A stretch of 32,000 nt of DNA. It comes from Candidatus Electronema halotolerans (GTDB lineage: Bacteria > Desulfobacterota > Desulfobulbia > Desulfobulbales > Desulfobulbaceae). Numbering within the stretch: position 1 is the first letter of the stretch; each line of letters begins with the position of its first letter. Of this stretch, positions 15,742-24,997 are shown one piece after another. The notes below the pieces were generated by a model that worked only from the letters and a program-made list of their open reading frames with translations, did not search any database and was not told where the DNA came from. Location: NCBI GenBank assembly GCA_942493095.1, contig OW818675.1:1650001-1682000 (forward strand). Reading direction: 5' to 3'. A program made the position numbers and the translations under genes.

Positions 15742-17811
15742 TCATGAATTGTCCCTACGCCGCTTTGCCCGCAGCCGCGCCAATGTCCTGCGGTCATTCT
15801 CCAGATCAGGATGACCGAGAGCTTCTTCAATCTGTACGGCATGGGCAAGGTATTCCTCTGCTTGGGCAAGGTCACCCATGTCCATATAGGTGAAACCGAT
15901 GTTCCAGCGCGACTGCGCTTCTCCGGCTCTGTCACCAATCTGCTGCTGTATCGCCAAGGCTTGTTCAAGATACTCCAGCACCTTGGCATGATTGTCCTGC
16001 GCACGGTAGATCGCGGCAATGTTGCTCAGGGTTATGCCTTCTCCAATCTCATCCCCAACCTCCCGTGTGATAAGGAGGGCCTGTTCAAAATAGCACAAGG
16101 CTTGCTCATAGTCCTCTTGGGCATCATAAAGCATGCCGATATTATTCAGGGTCGTGCCTTCTCCCTTCCGGTTGCCGATAGACTGCCAGATGCTCAGGCT
16201 TTGCTGATAGGTCTTCAAGGCCTGCTCGCACTTGCCCTGTTGCCGATAGATTGCCCCGATATTGTTCAGGGTTACGAGTTCTTCCTCTTTATGCCCCAGC
16301 TCGCGGTATATCGGTCGGGCTTGCTCATACCAAGCCAACGCCTTGTCAGGTTCGCCGCGATTGTCACAGGTGTCGCCAAGATCATTCAAGCACCAGCCTT
16401 CATCACCACGGTCGCCAGCCTGCCGGGCCGCAGTCAGCCGCATCTCAAGGGCAGTCAGCCTGTCTGTCCAATGCCCCTGCCGGTCAAGGTACTCCCACAT
16501 TGCCCCTTCCAAGCCTTTCACTTCCTGCCACAGCCCGCTGGCAAGGCAGCTCTCCATCAGCCGCAGGCAGTGCGCCCGCTCTCCATCAAGGCGGGCATAG
16601 CCCTGCCCGCTTTCAAAGTAACCCTCCGTCAGCCGCAGGCAGTGCGCCTGCTCTTCATCAAGATGGGCATAGCCCTGTACGCCTTCCTTGCTCGCAGCCA
16701 AGCAGAAAGCAATGTACCAGCCTGCCAGCCGCTCCAAGTCTTCCCTGCTCAGGGGCAGCTCGGTGCGGGCGTAGGCATGGATCAAAGCATGGCTTACCTG
16801 CCAGCCGTACTCCGTAAACTTCAGCAGGCCATAAGTGATCAGCTCGAGCAGGGCATCGCTGCTGCGCATCTTCAGCTCGTCCATGTACTCGCCCTCCCTC
16901 ACCAAGACTATGGCAAAGGGCATCAGGCCAATAGGCGCAAAGGCCAGCACCCCGGCTAGGCGCATAGCCTGCACTGCATCCGCGCTCACCTGTAATAGGC
17001 TGTGCTCCAGCAGCAAGGCCATGTTGTCTTCCTGATGCCTGCCGCTGCCCAGCATCCTGAACGGTGTCTTGTTCATCCAGTGCAAATACTTGGCCGCATT
17101 CTTCTTATTGTTGCGCAAATAGAAGCCCGCAATACGCAGGGCCACGGGCCAGCCATTGAGCAGCTTGCAGATGCCCTGCACGCTGGCCAGATCACCCACT
17201 GGGGAACCGATGTAACGCAGGAACACCTCCTCTGCGGTCTGCTCGTCCAGCGGCTTCAGCTCCAGCGGCGCATCCGGGGCATCCTCGTTCTTCCTGCTGG
17301 TGATCAGCACCCCGCACTGGCCGCGCAGACGGAGCACCGCTTGCAGGTCGTCCGCCTCTTCCGTGCCATCCAGCATAAGCAGGGCCTTCCTGCCTGAGAG
17401 GGCCTGCCGCGCTCCGCCGACAAGGTTTGTCTTTGCCTCCACCTTAAAGGCCGCGCAGACAGCTTGCAGGGCCTGCTCTGCGCTCGGCTGATGATAGAAG
17501 CTGTGGAAGATGATGCCGTCCGGGAAGCGGCTTGGCTCCAGCTTACTCACTGCTTGAGCAGCCAGCGCACTCTTGCCCATGCCGCCCGGCCCGCACACTG
17601 CCACCACCTTGCCCGGATGCAGCCTCTCGTTCAGCCAAGCAAGCTCCTCCTCCCGGTGAAGAAAGCAGGGTTCAAGCAGCGGGGGATCGTGGGGAATGAC
17701 GGGTGGCGGAGCAGGCGACGACTGGTGATAACGGATACCTCCTTCGCCTTGAGCACTGTTCTGCTCGCCATTGCCGCTGTTAGTGAAGGTGTTGTTGAAA
17801 GTGTGTCCCAT
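15742..17811 (-). CDS. NB-ARC (STAND) NTPase with C-terminal TPR repeats
   Basis: P-loop VVAVCGPGGMGKSALAAQAV; Walker B ALLMLDGTEEADDL; GVLITSR; winged-helix-like segment; multiple TPRs (TLNNIGAIYRQQGKCEQALKTYQQSL, TLSNIAAIYRAQDNHAKVLEYLEQAL). Confidence 0.93.
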   Translation of the reverse strand: MGHTFNNTFTNSGNGEQNSAQGEGGIRYHQSSPAPPPVIPHDPPLLEPCFLHREEELAWLNERLHPGKVVAVCGPGGMGKSALAAQAVSKLEPSRFPDGIIFHSFYHQPSAEQALQAVCAAFKVEAKTNLVGGARQALSGRKALLMLDGTEEADDLQAVLRLRGQCGVLITSRKNEDAPDAPLELKPLDEQTAEEVFLRYIGSPVGDLASVQGICKLLNGWPVALRIAGFYLRNNKKNAAKYLHWMNKTPFRMLGSGRHQEDNMALLLEHSLLQVSADAVQAMRLAGVLAFAPIGLMPFAIVLVREGEYMDELKMRSSDALLELITYGLLKFTEYGWQVSHALIHAYARTELPLSREDLERLAGWYIAFCLAASKEGVQGYAHLDEEQAHCLRLTEGYFESGQGYARLDGERAHCLRLMESCLASGLWQEVKGLEGAMWEYLDRQGHWTDRLTALEMRLTAARQAGDRGDEGWCLNDLGDTCDNRGEPDKALAWYEQARPIYRELGHKEEELVTLNNIGAIYRQQGKCEQALKTYQQSLSIWQSIGNRKGEGTTLNNIGMLYDAQEDYEQALCYFEQALLITREVGDEIGEGITLSNIAAIYRAQDNHAKVLEYLEQALAIQQQIGDRAGEAQSRWNIGFTYMDMGDLAQAEEYLAHAVQIEEALGHPDLENDRRTLARLRAKRRRDNS

Positions 17812-18095
17812 GACTCCCCCTGTTCATTGTCTGACAAGCCGCCTGCGCAGCGCACTGAGCTGCCCCTGCAACCTGCTGCATGGCGTATTGACACCATGCG
17901 CAGTTTCTCAAGAATAGCTGCTTCAGCGCGTCAACGCCAAGAATTTCTTTCCCAGTCAGCTGCGGCCCAGAACACAGGGCCACGCGGTGATACTCAACCA
18001 TGATGCAAAACCTTATTGTGCTGAAACGGCTGGCCGGTTACATTTTGAGCAGAACCTGCTGATCTTCCCAAAATGTGCGGCACCACGCAACAGGT

Positions 18096-19094
18096 ATGGT
18101 AAAAATACTCCTTGTCGATGACCGGCCCAGCAACCTTTTTGCCCTGAGAACCGTGCTCAAGGATGTCGAGGCGGAGCTGATTGAGGCGGGCAATGGCAAT
18201 GACGCGCTCTTGGCGACCTTGAACCATGACTTTGCTCTTGCCATTCTTGATGTGCAGATGCCGGAAATGGATGGCTATGAGCTGGCCAAGCTGATCCGGG
18301 GCCGGGATCGCACCCGCCGCCTGCCGATCATCTTCCTTTCCGCCATCTATTCAGACAATTATCATATCTTCAAAGGCTATGACTCCGGGGCGGTGGACTT
18401 TCTCGCCAAGCCCTTTCCGCCGGAGATACTGACTGGCAAGGTGCTGTTCTTCATAGAAATGTACAAGCAGCAGATCAAATTGCAGGAAACCATCCGCGAG
18501 CTGGAGCATACCAAGGAGCTGGTCCTGGAGCAGAACAGGATGCTGGAACAGTTGGCCAATCAGGACATGCTCACTGGTCTTTACAACCGGCGGCAGCTCT
18601 CAGAGACTTTGCAGCAGGAAGTGGAGCGCAGTCGGCGCTATGGCACGGACATGTCCTTGATCATGCTTGATCTGGATCATTTCAAAAGGGTGAATGACAC
18701 CTTTGGCCATGATTTCGGCGACTATGTGATCAAGGAATTCGCAGCCCGCATTCTCTCCTGCATCCGCCAGTCTGATGTCGCCTTCCGTTTCGGCGGCGAG
18801 GAGTTCATTGTCCTCCTGCCCCAGACCGACCTGCGCGGGGCTATGGCCACAGCAGAAAAAATCCGCAGCCGCTGCGCGGACCTGCCTTTTGAGAATGCTT
18901 CGCACACCATTGCCATGACGGTCAGCATCGGCGTGGCCTCCTGCCCGAAACAGCCCTTGACAGACAATGAAGATATGATCTGTCAGGCCGATCATGCCCT
19001 GTATATTGCCAAAGAGCAAGGCCGGAACCGGATCGTCATCTATGATCATGACGGGACAAGCAAGCAATCTGCCAGCGGTTCGACTGCCTGCTGA
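18096..19094 (+). CDS. Response regulator with GGDEF diguanylate cyclase domain
   Basis: REC VKILLVDDRPSNLFALRTVL...ILDVQMPEMDGYELAKLIR. GGDEF domain with LTGLYNRRQL, DLDHFKRVNDTFGH and signature RFGGEEFIVLLP. Start MVKILL at 18096. Confidence 0.96.
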   Translation: MVKILLVDDRPSNLFALRTVLKDVEAELIEAGNGNDALLATLNHDFALAILDVQMPEMDGYELAKLIRGRDRTRRLPIIFLSAIYSDNYHIFKGYDSGAVDFLAKPFPPEILTGKVLFFIEMYKQQIKLQETIRELEHTKELVLEQNRMLEQLANQDMLTGLYNRRQLSETLQQEVERSRRYGTDMSLIMLDLDHFKRVNDTFGHDFGDYVIKEFAARILSCIRQSDVAFRFGGEEFIVLLPQTDLRGAMATAEKIRSRCADLPFENASHTIAMTVSIGVASCPKQPLTDNEDMICQADHALYIAKEQGRNRIVIYDHDGTSKQSASGSTAC

Positions 19095-19116
19095 TAAAAA
19101 TACTGCGAAAAGAGCC

Positions 19117-22100
19117 ATGAAAGCCAGCCTGAGCGCGCAACTGCTCCTCTCCCATCTCTGTGTCGGCCTGATTCCCCTGTTCTTCATCAGCTGGCTGCTC
19201 TGGAACACCGCCTCCAAGGGGCTGGACAAGGTCAGCGGTCAGGGCGTGGAGGCGGTGGAACAGGCCGCCTACAATGAACTCCAGCTCGTATGCCAGATCA
19301 AGGAAAAGCAGATCGCCTACTTTTTCAAGGTCATGGTCGGCCAGATGCAGATGCTGCGCGACAATCCGTGGTTTGTGCGGCATGTTCACAATCTTGACCA
19401 GGCCTTCACCGAGGTCGGCAAATCAGCTGATGCCGAGAATGGATCAGTCCATTCAGAAATCTGGCAGCACCTTGCCCGGCAGGCTGATGCTGTGCTGCAA
19501 GATGTCTGCACGGATTTTGACTGGAACAATCTTTATCTGATCAACAACGACGGCAATATCATCTATTCGCTGCACAAGTCTTCTGATCTTGGCCAGTCGC
19601 TCACCAAGGTGCCGCTGATCAGCAGTTCATTGGGCAAAGCCTTTGCCCAGCTCCGCAACCACCCGGAACTCGATGCAACCTTTGGTGATTATGCGCCTTA
19701 CGGGCCGCTGGACAATGAGCCGTCCGCCTTTCTGATCACCCGCATCAAGCAGGAACACCAAGATAAAGGCGCAGCCTATCTGGCGGTGCAGCCCTCCACC
19801 ACCGCGTTGCGCAACATGATCAAAATGGGAGCAGCGAAAAAACAGACCCTTGAGGCCTATGTGGTGGGCGTGGACGGCTACATGCGCTCCGACTCTGTGC
19901 TGGACCCGGAAAATTACAGCCGGGCCGCTTCCTTCCAGATGGGTAACAAAGTCCTGACCAAAGCCAGCCACGAGGCGCTGGCAGGCCGCAGCGGCACTGG
20001 TGTCATCAAGGATTATCGCGACAACGCTGTCCTGTCCTCATGGATGCCGGTGGATATTTTCGGCATCCGCTGGGCCTTGATCTGCGAGATTGACGAGCAC
20101 GAGGCGCTGGCGGCCAGAGACACGATGCAGCAAAGCGGCGCGGATGCGGGTCGATATCTGATGCAGTGGATTGTCACCGCCCTGCTGCTGACCTTGGCCA
20201 TTGTCGGGGCCATTGCCTGGTTTGTGGCCCGCTCCATCAGCCGTCCGATTGTCCATGCCGCTGAGATGGCGGGCATCATTGCCTCCGGCGACATGCAGCA
20301 GCGGCTCAAAATGGAGCGGGAGGATGAGATCGGCCAGATGGCCGCCGCCCTTGATGCCATGGTTGACCAGGTGGCGAAAAATTTCCGCCAAGTCAACGGG
20401 GCGGCTGAACTGGCCGAGCGGATGCGCGGCGAGCAGGATATCCGCATTTTGGCCAAAAACGTGGTCAGCTTTTTAGCCGGTTTTCTTGGCGCGCAGATGG
20501 GTTCGCTCTATCTTGCTGACAAGAGCGGTGAAAAATTGTCCATAACTGGCAGTTACGCCTTCAATAAACGCAAAGGCATCGGCACGGCGATTCAGCTCGG
20601 CGAAGGCCTTGCCGGGCAGGCGGCAGAGGAGAGGATGTTGATTTCCGTCACTGACCTGCCGGAAGACTATCTCCGCATCAGCTCAACCCTTGGCAATGCT
20701 GTGCCGCGCAACATACTCGCCCTGCCCTTTCTGCATCAGGAAAAATTGGTGGGAGTGCTGGAATTCGCCTCGTTCAAAGAATTTTCTGATGAGGACATTG
20801 CCTTTCTCAATCAGATTGCGGAAAGCATCGCCATTGTCTTCAATGCCGCGCACAGCCGTCAGGAGGTGCGGGAACTGCTTGCGGAAACGCAGGCCCAGTC
20901 TGAGGAGCTGCGGGCCAGCAACGAGGAGCTGGAAGCGCAGACTGCGGCGCTGAAGGAATTTCAGGAGGAGCTGAAAAGCCAGCAGGCTGAACTGGAGATA
21001 GTCAATGCCAATCTCAAGGAAAAATCTGAAGACCTGCTGACCCAGAAAAACGAAATTGAGCAGCGCAACAAGGAGCTGACTGCGGCCAGAGAAGAGGTGG
21101 AGGAGCGGTCCAAAGACCTTGCTATGGCCTCCAAGTACAAGTCCGAATTTTTGGCCAACATGAGCCATGAGCTGCGCACCCCGCTCAACAGCCTGCTCCT
21201 GCTGGCCAAATCGCTGGCTGACAACCGGGAAGGCACCCTGAGCAGCCATCAGCAGGAGTCGGCCAAAGTGATTGTGGAGTCTGGCAATGACCTGCTCAAT
21301 TTGATCAACGAAATTCTTGATCTGTCCAAAATTGAGGCCGGACGGATTGAGCTGGACGTGGAGGAGGTGCCGCTGACTGACCTGACTGCCAATGCCAACA
21401 CCATGTTCCGGCAGATGGCCGAGAGCAAGGGCTTGGAGTTCACTGTCAGCCTTGCCCCTTCCCTGCCGCCGGTGATTGTCACCGACCGCAAGCGGGTGGA
21501 GCAGATTCTCAAGAATTTCCTTGGCAACAGCATCAAGTTCACGGCCAAGGGCAGGGTCAGCCTGACCATTGCCCGGCCTGCGCCGCAGACTGCATTCCAC
21601 CGCAATGACCTGCTGCCGGGAAAGACCATTGCCTTCAATGTCATCGACACCGGCATCGGCATTCCCCCGGACAAGCAGAAGGTCATTTTTGAAGCCTTTC
21701 AGCAGGCTGACGGCTCCACGAGCCGCAAATACGGCGGCACCGGCCTTGGCCTGTCCATCTCGCGGGAGCTGGCCGTGCTGCTCGGCGGCGAGATTCAGCT
21801 TGTCAGCGAAAGCGGCAAAGGCGCAACCTTCACCCTCTATCTGCCCTGTGAAGCTGGCCAGCCGTCCAAGCTGGCAAAGCAGGAGCCTGCCGAGCCGCTG
21901 CTGGCTGAAAAGCAGCCGTCCGCTCCGCCGCCAACGCCGGTGCCTCAGAGCCAGAGTCTGGCGGATGACCGGGCCGCTCTTGCCGCTGAAGACCGCAGCA
22001 TTCTCATTATTGAGGATGATCTGAAATTCGCCAAAATCTTGATGGATCAGTGTCGCGAACGCGGCTTTAAAGCACTGACTGCGGACACGGGCGAGGAAGG

Positions 22101-23163
22101 GCTGCTCTTAGCTGAACAGCATCAGCCGACCGGCATTATTTTGGATATCAAGCTGCCTGGCATCAACGGCTGGACTGTGCTGACCACGCTCAAGACCAAT
22201 CCGGCCACCCGGCATATTCCAGTCCACATGATGTCGGTGGAGGAAGTCAGCCGGGAGGCCTTCAAAAAGGGCGCGGTCGGCTTTTTCACCAAGCCGGTGG
22301 ATCGGGAGCAGATTGCCGAGACCTTCAGCCGTTTTGAGGCGATCAGCAGCCGGAAGGTCAAAAAGCTGCTCGTGGTTGAAGATGACGACAAGCTGCGGCG
22401 GGCGGTGATTGACTTAGTCGGCAGCGGCGACACCGTGACTATGGAGGCGAAAACCGGTCAGGAGGCGCAGGAGCTGCTGCGCGGCCAGCAGTTTGACTGC
22501 ATGATTCTTGATCTTGGCCTGCCAGACTGCAATGGCATTGAACTGCTGCGCACATTGGCGGCGGACAGCAGCCTGACCGTGCCGCCGGTGATCATTCACA
22601 CGGGCAGGGAACTGAGCCGGGAGGAGGAAAAGGAGCTGAACAAATATTCAGAATCCATTATTATCAAAAACGTCCGCTCTGAAGAGCGGCTGCTTGACGA
22701 GACCACTCTTTTCCTGCACCGGATGGTTGAGGAGCTGCCAGCGCAGAAACAGGAAATCATTGCCGGACTGCATGATCAGGAGGCCGTGTTCCGCAACCGG
22801 CGCATTTTGTTGGTTGATGACGACATGCGCAATGTCTTTGCCCTCTCCAATGTGCTGGAGGAGCGGGGCATGGCAGTGCTGATCGCCGAGCACGGCAGAA
22901 AAGCCCTTGACATGCTTGCCAAAGAGGAACATGTTGATTTGGTTTTGATGGATATTATGATGCCGGAAATGGACGGCTATGAGGCCACCCGGAAAATCCG
23001 CGAGCAGAAGCGGTTCCGCAATCTGCCGGTCATTGCCCTGACTGCCAAGGCCATGAAGGAGGACCGGGAAAAGTGCATGGAGGCCGGAGCCAGCGACTAT
23101 CTGACCAAACCAATTGACTTGGACCGCCTGCTCTCCATGATGCGGGTCTGGCTCTACCGGTGA
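19117..23163 (+). CDS. Hybrid sensor histidine kinase: TM / periplasmic sensor, HAMP, GAF, coiled coil, HisKA, HATPase_c, three REC domains
   Basis: KSEFLANMSHELRTPLNSLLLLAKSL (H-box), TGIGIPPDKQKVIFEAFQQADGSTSRKYGGTGLGLSISRELAVLLGGEI (N/G boxes), REC phosphoacceptor contexts IILDIKLPG, MILDLGLPD and VLMDIMMPEMDG. MKASLSAQ start at 19117 with an upstream purine-rich RBS. Confidence 0.96.
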   Translation: MKASLSAQLLLSHLCVGLIPLFFISWLLWNTASKGLDKVSGQGVEAVEQAAYNELQLVCQIKEKQIAYFFKVMVGQMQMLRDNPWFVRHVHNLDQAFTEVGKSADAENGSVHSEIWQHLARQADAVLQDVCTDFDWNNLYLINNDGNIIYSLHKSSDLGQSLTKVPLISSSLGKAFAQLRNHPELDATFGDYAPYGPLDNEPSAFLITRIKQEHQDKGAAYLAVQPSTTALRNMIKMGAAKKQTLEAYVVGVDGYMRSDSVLDPENYSRAASFQMGNKVLTKASHEALAGRSGTGVIKDYRDNAVLSSWMPVDIFGIRWALICEIDEHEALAARDTMQQSGADAGRYLMQWIVTALLLTLAIVGAIAWFVARSISRPIVHAAEMAGIIASGDMQQRLKMEREDEIGQMAAALDAMVDQVAKNFRQVNGAAELAERMRGEQDIRILAKNVVSFLAGFLGAQMGSLYLADKSGEKLSITGSYAFNKRKGIGTAIQLGEGLAGQAAEERMLISVTDLPEDYLRISSTLGNAVPRNILALPFLHQEKLVGVLEFASFKEFSDEDIAFLNQIAESIAIVFNAAHSRQEVRELLAETQAQSEELRASNEELEAQTAALKEFQEELKSQQAELEIVNANLKEKSEDLLTQKNEIEQRNKELTAAREEVEERSKDLAMASKYKSEFLANMSHELRTPLNSLLLLAKSLADNREGTLSSHQQESAKVIVESGNDLLNLINEILDLSKIEAGRIELDVEEVPLTDLTANANTMFRQMAESKGLEFTVSLAPSLPPVIVTDRKRVEQILKNFLGNSIKFTAKGRVSLTIARPAPQTAFHRNDLLPGKTIAFNVIDTGIGIPPDKQKVIFEAFQQADGSTSRKYGGTGLGLSISRELAVLLGGEIQLVSESGKGATFTLYLPCEAGQPSKLAKQEPAEPLLAEKQPSAPPPTPVPQSQSLADDRAALAAEDRSILIIEDDLKFAKILMDQCRERGFKALTADTGEEGLLLAEQHQPTGIILDIKLPGINGWTVLTTLKTNPATRHIPVHMMSVEEVSREAFKKGAVGFFTKPVDREQIAETFSRFEAISSRKVKKLLVVEDDDKLRRAVIDLVGSGDTVTMEAKTGQEAQELLRGQQFDCMILDLGLPDCNGIELLRTLAADSSLTVPPVIIHTGRELSREEEKELNKYSESIIIKNVRSEERLLDETTLFLHRMVEELPAQKQEIIAGLHDQEAVFRNRRILLVDDDMRNVFALSNVLEERGMAVLIAEHGRKALDMLAKEEHVDLVLMDIMMPEMDGYEATRKIREQKRFRNLPVIALTAKAMKEDREKCMEAGASDYLTKPIDLDRLLSMMRVWLYR

Positions 23164-23178
23164 CATGCTTTTTGCATC

Positions 23179-24033
23179 ATGATGGATCGCAGCGATATTG
23201 AAAAGATTGAGGTTGAATTGCTGCTGGAGGCGATCTTCCGCCGCTACGGCTATGATTTCCGCTGCTATGCCAGAGCCAGCATCATTCGCCAGCTCCGTCA
23301 GTTCATTGAGAAAACAGGTCATGCCTGTGTGAGCGAGCTGATCCCCAAAATGCTGCACGATGCGGCCCTGTTCCAGCAGCTCCTGCTCAAGCTCTCGGTC
23401 ACAGTCTCCTCCATGTTCCGGGATCCGTCCTTTTATCAGGTGCTGCGGCAGGACATCGTGCCCCTGCTCAAAACCTATCCCTTTATCCGGGTCTGGATTG
23501 CAGGCTGCGCCGCAGGCGAGGAAGCCTATTCCGTCGCCATTCTCCTCAAGGAGGAGGGCCTGCTGGCCCGCGCCACCATCTATGCCACAGACATCAATGA
23601 ACGCGCTTTGGCCGCAGCCAAGGAAGGCATTTATCCCTTGAGCCAAGTCCGGGAATACACGGAAAACTATCAGCAAAGCGGGCCGCTGGACTCGTTCAGC
23701 AGCTATTATCATGCCGCTCATGACCGGATTGTCATGAACCGGGACCTGAAGCAGAGCCTCACCTTTGCCAAGCATAATCTGGTCTCTGACTATGTCTTTG
23801 CCGAAATGCACCTGATTCTCTGCCGCAATGTGATGATCTATTTCAATCAGGAGCTGAAGGACCGGGTCCTGCGCCTCTTTGACGACAGCCTGATCCGGGG
23901 CGGCTTTCTCTGCTTGGGCGCAAAAGAGACCCTCCGCTTCTCCAGCATTGACAGCCGCTACAGGGAAGCGGAGCACGGCGGCAAAATTTACCGCAAACGC
24001 TTTGTCGCTGAAAAAGACCCCTGCCCTGTTTGA
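23179..24033 (+). CDS. CheR-type protein-glutamate methyltransferase
   Basis: LSVTVSSMFRDPSFYQVLRQDIVPLLKTYPFIRVWIAGCAAGEEAYSVAILLKEEGL; LILCRNVMIYFNQELKDRVLRLFDDSL. Confidence 0.95.
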   Translation: MMDRSDIEKIEVELLLEAIFRRYGYDFRCYARASIIRQLRQFIEKTGHACVSELIPKMLHDAALFQQLLLKLSVTVSSMFRDPSFYQVLRQDIVPLLKTYPFIRVWIAGCAAGEEAYSVAILLKEEGLLARATIYATDINERALAAAKEGIYPLSQVREYTENYQQSGPLDSFSSYYHAAHDRIVMNRDLKQSLTFAKHNLVSDYVFAEMHLILCRNVMIYFNQELKDRVLRLFDDSLIRGGFLCLGAKETLRFSSIDSRYREAEHGGKIYRKRFVAEKDPCPV

Positions 24034-24313
24034 GTGCCTGCTCCCTGTCTGTTGACCCTTTCTCCCCAGACTTGTTTTGTTTTTTGTCCTTTGCAGGCAT
24101 GGCCGCTCTGTGATAGGCTTTTCATGCAGGGCGAGAGCACTGCTCCGGGAAAGAGACCACCACGCCTTTTCGAGGTGGTGGTTCGGGAACCCATCACGCT
24201 CACATCGAAACTTGCATACAACTGAAAAAGTACAAACACTTGCTGGGCATCAGGCTGAAAAAACAAGGCAATCAAGTTCTTGGCGAGATGCGCCTGAATG
24301 AGGACGAAGAGCC

Positions 24314-24901
24314 ATGAGCTGGTTGGACAGGAGGCTGTGCCGGGCAGTTGTCTTAGGCTGCTCTGCCGGGGGCATGGATGCCGCCGCCGCCCTGCTCGGT
24401 CAGCTCGGCCCGAAGTTCCGGCTGCCGCTGATTATCGTGCAGCACCGGCAGGCTGGTCACGATGAGGCCTTGGCTCATTTTTACAGCAGCCACACCCATC
24501 TTGCCGTGACTGAGGCTGGGGAAAAGGAAAAAATCCAGAAAAATCATCTCTATCTTGCCCCGCCTGACTATCATCTGCTCATTGAGCAGGATGAGACATT
24601 TTCCCTGTCCGTGGAAGAGAAGGTCAACTACTGCCGTCCCTCAATTGACGTGCTTTTTGAGAGCGCGGCAGATGTCTATGGCTTCGGCCTGGCCGGGATC
24701 ATTCTTTCCGGGGCCAACCGGGACGGCGCGCAGGGACTGAAGCGGATCAAGGAGCAGGGCGGCCTGGCCTTGGTCCAGACCCCGGAAACCGCCCAGTTTG
24801 CTGAGATGCCGCACAGTGCCCTGCGCGCTGTCCAGCCTGATCACGTCCTGAGTCCGGCAGACATGGGCCGTCTGCTGACCAAGCTGCGGAGCACTTTGTG
24901 A
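24314..24901 (+). CDS. CheB-type protein-glutamate methylesterase lacking a receiver domain
   Basis: VVLGCSAGGMDAAAALLGQL (Ser), LIIVQHRQAGHDEALAHFY (His), GIILSGANRDGAQGLKRIKEQGGLALVQTPETAQFAEMPHSAL (Asp). Confidence 0.94.
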   Translation: MSWLDRRLCRAVVLGCSAGGMDAAAALLGQLGPKFRLPLIIVQHRQAGHDEALAHFYSSHTHLAVTEAGEKEKIQKNHLYLAPPDYHLLIEQDETFSLSVEEKVNYCRPSIDVLFESAADVYGFGLAGIILSGANRDGAQGLKRIKEQGGLALVQTPETAQFAEMPHSALRAVQPDHVLSPADMGRLLTKLRSTL

Positions 24902-24997
24902 AAGGTGTTTTTTTATGGACAGCAGCCGCGTTTCCACATACCATACTCTGCTGCGGGGGACAGAGGAGGAGAACGAAAGGATGCAAGCAATGAATGA

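Noticed and set aside
15484-15747. 87-aa plus-strand ORF through the hairpin array
   Set aside because: Its repeated peptide (CTRVQWSVARE) is simply the translation of the 23-bp repeats; no RBS or domain support.
15811-16959. 382-aa plus-strand ORF
   Set aside because: Antisense to the TPR repeats of the NB-ARC gene; mirror of repetitive sequence.
17780-18001. 73-aa Cys/Gln-rich minus-strand ORF upstream of the NB-ARC gene
   Set aside because: Overlaps the NB-ARC start with no recognised domain or RBS; could be a small gene but cannot be supported from sequence alone.
22648-23976. 442-aa minus-strand ORF (also 20683..21600 -)
   Set aside because: Antisense to the hybrid histidine kinase and cheR-like genes, whose domains are clear; no independent domain signature.
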